A stretch of DNA of 45,951 nt from Octopus bimaculoides (lineage: Eukaryota): positions 10,843,026 through 10,888,976 of the forward strand of contig NC_068993.1 of NCBI RefSeq assembly GCF_001194135.2. Direction: 5' to 3'. The position numbers and the translations under genes are program-made. Below, piece by piece: positions 36,649-45,951 of the stretch (its first letter is position 1; each line of letters starts with the position of its first letter). The notes under the pieces were generated by a model, which did not search any database, had not been told where the DNA came from, and was given only the letters and a program-made list of their open reading frames with translations.

Positions 36649-37027
36649 TTATTGTTGTTGGCACTCCATCGCTTACGACGACGTGGGTTCCAGTCGATCC
36701 GATCAACGGAACAGCCTACTCGTGAAATTAACGTGCAAGTGGGTGAGCGCTCCACAGACACGTGTACCCTTAACGTAGTTCTCGGGAATATTCAGCGTAA
36801 CAAGGCTGGCCCTTTGAATTACAGGCACAACAGAAACAGGAAGTAAGAGTGAGAGAAAGTTGTGGTGGAAGAGTACAGCAGGGTTCGCCACCATCCCATG
36901 CCGGAGCCTCGTGGAGCTTTAGGTGTTTTCGCTCAATAAACACTCACAACGCCCGGTCTGGGAATCGAAACCGCGATCCTATGACCGCGAGTCCACTGCC
37001 CTAACCACTGGGCCATTGCACCTCCAC
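36648..37027 (-). mobile_element. Family C tRNA-derived SINE, full length
   Basis: Minus strand: gtggaggtgcaa, A box tggcccagtgg, B box ggtttcgattcc, a 300-bp body, and the 3' end gtcgtcgtaagcgatggagtgcc(aac)n. Confidence 0.92.
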
Positions 37028-37708
37028 AATACGTTGCTATACATTTAGCAAAGATATCTCCGTTCGTATATTCTACGTGTACGCTTCATTGACAGACGAT
37101 AGGAGTGTGCTATGCGATAATATTCAGTGTTCTTTTATTTATGACAGAAATTTCGATATTTAATAGCATGAACTAACCGACTTCGAAGCAACATTTATAT
37201 TATACAGTGCTATACACATTACAGTCACTCAGGAAGCTGCTGAAATCAATTCTATAAAGCTGTCACTCTACAGTAAGTAACTTCCCTTCATAACGATTCA
37301 TCTGTGTCGATTTATTTTTCTGTAGTTAACTTCTGAACCGTGTGAAGACAATTTTACAATAAATGTACTACATTACTGCATATGACATTAAAGAAATTTT
37401 TATTCCACTCTAATAATTGTGCCGTTTGAAAGATGACATAATCTACAGATAAAGCTAAATTGTACGATTTTTCTGATGTTGCATGTACACATCAGCGAAT
37501 GTTCAAACGTATTGACTTTTAGCGATGGTAGAATGGTGTTTGTAAGGTTTATATTTTTCCTAAAGGTATTAACGATTGAAATGAAATAGCTGTAATGGAG
37601 AGTTGAGCCTAGTTACTGACTGAAATTCTCAATAGCTTAGCTTCTATTCAGCAGCAGCGCTCACCATAATCCAACGAACCTCCTGTAATATTAAAATAAC
37701 TAGATATA

Positions 37709-37937
37709 CAGGGTGTTCCTAAATTTCTTTTACAACTTAAAATATAGAGAAAAAATGAAAAATTAGAATAGATCAGCGGAGGTTTTTGAAGAACATAGCT
37801 AAAGAAATGAAGTTTTAATTAAAAATATCAGACTACTTACACATGGGTTCCATGGGTCGCAAAGGTGATTGATGGATCTCAGCTTTAATAGATACTATGA
37901 ATTGTGGAAGTTGTAAAGATAATTTATGAACACCCCG
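37709..37937. mobile_element. 229-bp Tc1/mariner-type MITE
   Basis: 30-bp TIRs cagggtgttcctaaatttcttttacaactt / aagttgtaaagataatttatgaacaccccg with a few mismatches, and TA on both sides (37707-08, 37938-39). Confidence 0.9.
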
Positions 37938-38424
37938 TATATAGTAATCTCCCTCCCACCCCCCCTCTCTCTCTCTCTCTCTCGTTCTCTGTTGTTAAAT
38001 GCTAGTTAAAATCTGGACTCTGCTCTCGTCAAAGACTCAAAGACAGCAAACACACGTAGACACACGTCCATACACAAGCAGTAAAAGAGTGCTTTCAAAT
38101 GTAGACTTATATATGGGTTTTGTCACTGGCTTTGATGTTTTCAACTTTAGTACCAAAAAGCCGTCGCAAATCACTTATCCTTCTCTTATCTGAATTTTAT
38201 CTTTCGCCATTTATTTTTCATTTGCTTATAATCAATTTTCTGTTTGTCTATTAATCATATTATACTGGACACGCTAGGGACGTGAAGACTATCATTAATA
38301 TATACATACATACGTGTGTGTGTGTGTATGTATGCATCAATGTATATATATGTGTACACACATATTAATATATACATATATATATATATACATATATACA
38401 TATATATATATATGTACATACATG

Positions 38425-38484
<60 letters not shown>

Positions 38485-38689
38485 CATACACATGTATATA
38501 TATATGTATGCGTTTGTATATATATGTATACTTATTTATATATGTATGCATATTTGTATGTATATACACACACACACGTACACACATATAACAAGTACGT
38601 ATATACATATACACTCATCTAGACACGCGTACGGACGCAAACATATTTATTACTATGAAGCCGTTAATTCTCTCTTTCCTGTATTGTGA

Positions 38690-39665
38690 GTTTCAAAAAC
38701 GTTTGCGATCTTCAGGTACCCGAACAAGATCTTTTCCCTCGAAGGACGTATATCATACTGTTGTCAAATCAGACAAATTTTGGCACCACACCGTTGTTAC
38801 AAAAGGGAAGTTCATTACATCATCGCTACCATAGAGAACGAGAATTATACCATTATTACTCAATCAAAAGTGCATGCGACATCGTTGTCTGAAAGAATAT
38901 AGATGAAGGATTCGTTGCTCAAAGTAATACATCAAGGAATCGTTTCCGCCATTTAGCGTAGAACATACCATTATTGTCACAAAGTATGTACATCACACCA
39001 TTTTGTCACAGGAAAACTTAAATCATGTTAGCGTTGTCTTTAGAGCACACACCATGTTATGTTGCTCAGGGAACATACGCCAAACCAAAGAACGAGCACC
39101 GTAATTTTGCTGTCCAATCACTGCACACGAGGCCATCGATGTCTAAAGAATGTACACAACACCATCGTCGCGCTAAGAGTGTACAGCATTTCATCATTCC
39201 CGAAGAGTGTAAATCGCATTACCATTGCTTCTAAGAGCGTACACGACACCACCATTACCGCAAAGAACCTACAACGCATTATCGTTAGCCTAGCAAACGT
39301 ATATAATCTATATTTTGCCCCAAAGAATGAACATCACAACAACGTACATACACCATCGTTATCTGAAAGAATGGATGCGATAACATCCTAGTCTTGTAGA
39401 ATGTACATCCCACAATCGTTACTACAAAGCGAGCAAACCACCAAATCGTTTCTCCAAAGAATGTACAGCATGCCTTTGTTTCGCCAAAGAGCGTTCACTA
39501 TACGTTCGTTAACACAAAAAAACATTTTCTCTAGTTATAATCATTACATCAAAGAACGGTCACTACACCATCGTTATTCCCCAAAGTTTTCACAGCAAAA
39601 ACTATTATCCCGAAAGAATGTACATCAAAAAATCCAAAAAACGCTTCTCAAAAAGGTGTACATCG
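38690..39665. repeat. Highly degenerate 29-30-bp tandem array, about 32 units
   Basis: Recurring aaagaatgtacatcacaccatcgtt..cc; unit starts at 39145, 39174, 39202, 39232, 39262, 39292, 39322, and later 39426, 39456, 39486, 39516. Confidence 0.85.
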
Positions 39666-39687
39666 CGCCGCTGTTTTATATATAAAA

Positions 39688-39845
39688 CTGTACACCCCAG
39701 GGATTAATTGGGTATTTATTTTATCGAAAGGTTGAAAGGTAAAATCGACTTCGACGGAATTTGAAAGCAAGCAGAACGTAAAGGTAGACGAAATGCCGTT
39801 AAGCATTTGGTCCGAGGTGCAAACTATTCTGTCAGCTTTCTGCCT
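39688..39845 (-). mobile_element. Family B SINE
   Basis: ccccagggattaattgggtatttattttatcgaaagg.tgaaaggtaaaatcgacttcgacggaatttgaa...cagaacgtaaag...gaaatgccgttaagcattt. Confidence 0.85.
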
Positions 39846-40454
39846 TAAAAATAATAATAGTATTTTAACAATATGGAAAAAACGAAAAGGCATCGGATGG
39901 GCGATGCACACCCTGCATGCAGATAAATTTTTTCGCCAATTATAGTGTGGCTTACAATGCGTTGCTTACCCGTGCTTTTTAATTGCACTGAATTAAAATT
40001 TGTAAGTATTTGATTAAAAAAGATTTAAAGCCTAAATAGATGACAGCTAAAAGTAGACTTGATCGATGTCTACGCCAAACGCATACGAGTACAATTTGCA
40101 TTCGTCTAAATAAATGATTATTCAAATACTAATCATGATTATGAAAAAAAAAAAAGTGAACAAAATGAAATACTTATAGAAAATATTGCATAGAATTTGA
40201 GAAGTGTTTTCAACGTCTTTCAAAGATGGCAGGTGAATCAAACCGTACTGTAGTTCGTTGTAGGATATAAATAATATGGCCACTCGCTTATCGGAAAATT
40301 TGTTAGTTTGATTAAATTTTTCTTTTTTAAGTATCGCCATTATAATTATCTACACTCCGGAGAAATTAAGAAATCAACTCATAGATAAACGAAACCGTCG
40401 AATTCATCACTGTACACACACACACACACACGTACACACACACGTACACACACA

Positions 40455-40559
<105 letters not shown>

Positions 40560-40818
40560 AAAGAGTCGCATACCTATGTATGTATCTATGTATGTATGTA
40601 CCCACATGTGTCTACGTGCATAGGAACACCACGATCTATACACACGTAAATGAGGGTCGAATCAAATATATATTATATATATATTGTGTACTGTGATGGT
40701 AAGAACAACAAAAAAAGGTACTACATCAGGTGAGAGATAAATAGTATTTAATAGACATAATACATGTTTTTATGTGCTAGTTAGAGATTCTTGTGCTGAG
40801 AACATTCCAAAACGAAGC

Positions 40819-41068
40819 ATACCCTGCGTGCACATAAATCCTTTCGCAAAAAATCTGCACAATCAAAGCATTTTGATTCAACCGTCCGTCAGTTTTGAAG
40901 ATAATCAATCCAAATTTTAGTCATTTTGAGCCACTTATTCAATAGGTATTTTTACCAAATTTGGTGAAAATCCGTTCAGTTGTTTTCCAGTAATTTTGCA
41001 AACACACAGACAAACAGACAAAGACAAGTGATTACAATACCCTGCTTTCGTTTATGCGCGCAGGGTAA
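40819..41068 (-). mobile_element. DINE-1-like non-autonomous Helentron element (HINE)
   Basis: The minus-strand 5' end ttaccctgcgcgcataaacgaaagcagggta is a subTIR plus partial inverted repeat. It is followed by a (TGTC)-type microsatellite, a core with ttttcaccaaatttggt, and a 3' subTIR tgcacgcagggta (12/13 match). The 3' stem-loop is unclear. Confidence 0.75.
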
Positions 41069-41073
41069 TATAT

Positions 41074-41149
<76 letters not shown>

Positions 41150-42454
41150 NNNNNNNNNNNNNNNNNNNNNNNNNNNNNNNNNNNNNNNNNNNNNNNNNNN
41201 NNNNNNNNNNNNNNNNNNNNNNNNNNNNNNNNNNNNNNNNNNNNNNNNNNNNNNNNNNNNNNNNNNNNNNNNNNNNNNNNNNNNNNNNNNNNNNNNNNNN
41301 NNNNNNNNNNNNNNNNNNNNNNNNNNNNNNNNNNNNNNNNNNNNNNNNNNNNNNNNNNNNNNNNNNNNNNNNNNNNNNNNNNNNNNNNNNNNNNNNNNNN
41401 NNNNNNNNNNNNNNNNNNNNNNNNNNNNNNNNNNNNNNNNNNNNNNNNNNNNNNNNNNNNNNNNNNNNNNNNNNNNNNNNNNNNNNNNNNNNNNNNNNNN
41501 NNNNNNNNNNNNNNNNNNNNNNNNNNNNNNNNNNNNNNNNNNNNNNNNNNNNNNNNNNNNNNNNNNNNNNNNNNNNNNNNNNNNNNNNNNNNNNNNNNNN
41601 NNNNNNNNNNNNNNNNNNNNNNNNNNNNNNNNNNNNNNNNNNNNNNNNNNNNNNNNNNNNNNNNNNNNNNNNNNNNNNNNNNNNNNNNNNNNNNNNNNNN
41701 NNNNNNNNNNNNNNNNNNNNNNNNNNNNNNNNNNNNNNNNNNNNNNNNNNNNNNNNNNNNNNNNNNNNNNNNNNNNNNNNNNNNNNNNNNNNNNNNNNNN
41801 NNNNNNNNNNNNNNNNNNNNNNNNNNNNNNNNNNNNNNNNNNNNNNNNNNNNNNNNNNNNNNNNNNNNNNNNNNNNNNNNNNNNNNNNNNNNNNNNNNNN
41901 NNNNNNNNNNNNNNNNNNNNNNNNNNNNNNNNNNNNNNNNNNNNNNNNNNNNNNNNNNNNNNNNNNNNNNNNNNNNNNACCACCACCACCACCACCACCA
42001 CCACCAGCACCTCCACCGCCAGTCTAGATCGCCATAACATCGCCTCCCATTTTTCTCTGTAATATCATTGTATACCTTTTGCAACCAATTTCTTTCGCTT
42101 CATGCCTTGTCCTTATCTTCTTATTTTCGTTCCTCCTTTCAATATCCATTCCCTATTTTGTCGTAACTCATTTCTTTATGCACTTCTTCCGTGTTTGTTC
42201 ATGTAAAGAAGTACGGAAATGTCATGGACAAATATTCTACACATGAATATATGAATATATGTACTTGAGATCGATAGTTCAATGTCGTATGGAGGTGGTG
42301 AACGGCGAGTGAGAGTTACTGCCACACACACACAAACACACACACATACACATACACATGGGAGCGCGCATGCAGGCACATACACATATGTATATATATG
42401 TGTGTGTGTGTGTAAGTGCGTGTTTGTATATACATACAAAAACAAATGCATGCA

Positions 42455-42509
<55 letters not shown>

Positions 42510-42777
42510 AGATAGATATATATATATCTATTCACACACATACACACGCACACGCACAAACACACACACACGCGCGCGGTCGCGGGAGCCCGCATGCACG
42601 CACACACATATGCATATATATGTATATGCACACACATATATATATATGTATGTGTTTGTGTGTCTGCATGCCTGTGTATACATACATATATAAATGCATG
42701 CATATCTATCTATATACGTGTGCGTGTGTAATATATATATATGTGCATGTGTATATATATATGTGTGTATATATATA

Positions 42778-42818
<41 letters not shown>

Positions 42819-43084
42819 NNNNNNNNNNNNNNNNNNNNNNNNNNNNNNNNNNNNNNNNNNNNNNNNNNNNNNNNNNNNNNNNNNNNNNNNNNNNNNNNNN
42901 NNNNNNNNNNNNNNNNNNNNNNNNNNNNNNNNNNNNNNNNNNNNNNNNNNNNNNNNNNNNNNNNNNNNNNNNNNNNNNNNNNNNNNNNNNNNNNNNNNNN
43001 NNNNNNNNNNNNNNNNNNNNNNNNNNNNNNNNNNNNNNNNNNNNNNNNNNNNNNNNNNNNNNNNNNNNNNNNNNNNNNNNNNNN

Positions 43085-43115
<31 letters not shown>

Positions 43116-43755
43116 ATTATATATAATTTATATATATGATATATACACGCGCATACACATACATATTGAGCAAGGAGGCCATTATACCTCTCTGTTTTAC
43201 ATAAGACCTAACCTTAAAACGTTGCCTGAGCGTTGCATTGAAAACGACGCAGCACAAAGCTTTTCCCTGCATGTTTCATATTGTTCATAAGTTCATTTTT
43301 GAGATTTGTCATATCTTCTTATTATCTTTGGAAATGCATGTCTCAATATACTATCATATGGCATTCTGGATTCCTTCAGTTCTGGCCATCTTGTAAGCGA
43401 TTCCTTGACATCGGTGATTTATAACCTTTCAATTCCTTCGACATAAGGTGTTAAGACCTTGCGGCCAACGAGAGTGAATGAGAAAGATGCTTAATGAAAC
43501 GCGCGCACACGTACAGTCACACATGCACACATACACACACACACACATATACATATATATATACATATACATATATATATTCATATATATATATATATAT
43601 ATATATTCATATATATATGTATGTTTATATATATCTATAGCTATCTCTATATCTGTGTCTATACATGCAAACACACTCATACACACACGCGCATGCCCGC
43701 CCCCCCAAACATTATATACTTATCCAGATAAATAGGAATGTTGAAGAAAAAACAT

Positions 43756-44132
43756 GGCTGCGAGCTGTCAGAATCGTTACTGTGCCACGCAAAATGCTTA
43801 GCGGTATTCTGTGCGTCTTTACGTTCTGAGTTCAAATTCCACCGGGGTCCACTTTGTCTTTCATCCTTTCGGAGGTCGATGAAATAAATAGCAGTTAAAC
43901 ACTGGGGTCAGTGTATTTGACAAGCCCTCTCCTTCCAAATTCCAGACCGTCTACCTATAGTATTTTTATGATTGCAGCAAACCAGCAGAATCGTAACTGC
44001 ACGGGGCAACATGCTTAACGGCATTTCGTCCGTTTTTACATTCTGAGTTCAAATTCCTCCGGAGTCGACTTTGCCTTTCATCCTATCGCAGTTGATAAAA
44101 CAAGTACCTGTTGAGTACTGGAGTCGATGTAT
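43756..44132 (+). mobile_element. Tandem pair of family B SINEs
   Basis: Two consecutive copies of cagaatcgt.ac...atgctta.cgg.att.....gt.ttta(c)..ttctgagttcaaattcc.ccgg.gtc.actttg.ctttcatcct.tcg. Confidence 0.92.
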
Positions 44133-44154
44133 ATGAAGATATATTTAAAGCATT

Positions 44155-44556
44155 GTGGCTGTGTGGTAAGTAGCTTGCTTACGAACCACATGGATCTTGG
44201 TTCAGTCCCACTGCGTGGCAACTTGGGCAAGTGTCTTCTACTATAGCCTCGGGCCGACCAAAGCCTTGTCAGTGGATTTGGTAGACGGAAACTGAAAGAA
44301 GCCCGTCGTATATATGTGTATATATATATATATGTATGTGTGTGTATATGTTTGTGTATCTGTGTTTGTCCCACCCAACATCACTTGACAACCGATGCTG
44401 GTGTATTTACATCCCCGTAACTTAGCGGTTCGGCAAAATGGCCCGATAGAATAAGTACTAGGCTTACAAAGAATAAGTCCTGGGGTCGATTTGCTCGACT
44501 AAAGGCGGTGCTCCAGCATGGCCGCAAATGACAGACACAAGCAAAAAAGAAAAGAA
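44155..44556 (+). mobile_element. Family A SINE, full length, youngest-looking copy
   Basis: Complete head, CORE-like ttgggcaagtgtcttctactatagcc, internal microsatellite and tail ggcggtgctccagcatggccgc...aaaagaat. Confidence 0.97.
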
Positions 44557-45380
44557 TATATATATATATATNNNNNNNNNNNNNNNNNNNNNNNNNNNNN
44601 NNNNNNNNNNNNNNNNNNNNNNNNNNNNNNNNNNNNNNNNNNNNNNNNNNNNNNNNNNNNNNNNNNNNNNNNNNNNNNNNNNNNNNNNNNNNNNNNNNNN
44701 NNNNNNNNNNNNNNNNNNNNNNNNNNNNNNNNNNNNNNNNNNNNNNNNNNNNNNNNNNNNNNNNNNNNNNNNNNNNNNNNNNNNNNNNNNNNNNNNNNNN
44801 NNNNNNNNNNNNNNNNNNNNNNNNNNNNNNNNNNNNNNNNNNNNNNNNNNNNNNNNNNNNNNNNNNNNNNNNNNNNNNNNNNNNNNNNNNNNNNNNNNNN
44901 NNNNNNNNNNNNNNNNNNNNNNNNNNNNNNNNNNNNNNNNNNNNNNNNNNNNNNNNNNNNNNNNNNNNNNNNNNNNNNNNNNNNNNNNNNNNNNNNNNNN
45001 NNNNNNNNNNNNNNNNNNNNNNNNNNNNNNNNNNNNNNNNNNNNNNNNNNNNNNNNNNNNNNNNNNNNNNNNNNNNNNNNNNNNNNNNNNNNNNNNNNNN
45101 NNNNNNNNNNNNNNNNNNNNNNNNNNNNNNNNNNNNNNNNNNNNNNNNNNNNNNNNNNNNNNNNNNNNNNNNNNNNNNNNNNNNNNNNNNNNNNNNNNNN
45201 NNNNNNNNNNNNNNNNNNNNNNNNNNNNNNNNNNNNNNNNNNNNNNNNNNNNNNNNNNNNNNNNNNNNNNNNNNNNNNNNNNNNNNNNNNNNNNNNNNNN
45301 NNNNNNNNNNNNNNNNNNNNNNNNNNNNNNNNNNNNNNNNNNNNNNNNNNNNNNNNNNNNNNNNNNNNNNNNNNNNNNNN

Positions 45381-45412
<32 letters not shown>

Positions 45413-45469
45413 ATATATATACATACATGCACACACCACTATTACCAAGAACAACACGAGTCACAGTAG

Positions 45470-45951
45470 TAGGAAGGCCAATGCAGCTAACGAAAAATAT
45501 AAAAATAGAAACGAAAAGAAAGAAAAGGTACATATAAAAGCTGTACAGACATAAATAACTGCAACATGAAAAGTCGTACAGATTTCCTACTTTGTTCTGG
45601 AATGCAAAAACCATCAACACTAAATGGAGAGAACTCAGCAGGAATCTACTTTCGTTTTCGCCGTCACCGGAATTTGCGGACACGACATGTAGAAATAGAC
45701 TGGACAGGGGCGTGTGTGTTTGTATCTGTAGCGCGTCTCATTGCACAACATACGTTTCGTCACTGCTTGCTGTGTTGTGTAGTGTAGGACTATGCCTATC
45801 CGGGTCATGTGATATCTGGAGCAATAGATATGTGGGCCAGGCCTTGCTCGTCGGGCCGTCAGTTTATGTGTCCTTTGTCTGTTCTATGAGGATTGACATA
45901 AGGGTGGGGTTGGGTGGGTTACACCGTAAAGACAATAATACTAACAACATG
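45470..45951. promoter_or_regulatory. Promoter-like unique region (CCAAT, GC-box-like, E-box and G4 motifs)
   Basis: ggccaatgcag about 45476, ggggcgtg about 45707, gtcatgtga about 45804 and gggtggggttgggtggg at 45902-45918. Motif matches only. Confidence 0.25.

Noticed and set aside
36940-37027. tRNA gene (also 16830-16911 and the family A heads)
   Set aside because: A and B boxes are present but the acceptor stem does not close and the sequence continues into SINE bodies.
38690-39665. CRISPR-like repeat-spacer array
   Set aside because: No invariant repeat or unique spacers, the units are wholly degenerate tandem copies, there are no cas genes, and the context is eukaryotic.
43165-43290. 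USP His-box-like GGHYTS peptide
   Set aside because: Six-residue match only, with no flanking USP motifs or splice acceptor.

Overview
Eukaryotic, AT-rich, microsatellite-saturated non-coding DNA with 17 assembly gaps (about 8.2 kb of N, almost all flanked by simple repeats). From the tRNA-derived SINE families I recognise, it is most likely an Octopus short-read assembly (inference). No complete host gene can be identified, and nearly all ORFs in the track are microsatellite or N-gap artefacts. What can be supported is a transposon graveyard. It holds about 25 SINE copies or fragments in several families and an RTE-like LINE 3' remnant with an intact three-finger C2H2 ORF (1406-1714). There are decayed DD37D mariner (3380-3502), Tc1 (28030-28232), Helitron Pif1-helicase (4088-4412) and Dong/R4-type LINE (31772-31939) coding remnants. 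Non-autonomous elements include a Tc1/mariner MITE (37709-37937), a DINE-1-like Helentron element (40819-41068) and a fold-back element next to a perfect palindrome (10975-11246). Two Penelope-type repeats are present, one with a complete minimal hammerhead ribozyme motif (25871-25916, minus strand). There are also two degenerate 30-31 bp minisatellites and five small local duplications of unique islands. I did not find a demonstrably new multi-gene system. The best leads are the hammerhead motif, the intact zinc-finger ORF, the palindrome/fold-back cluster and the 30-bp array.
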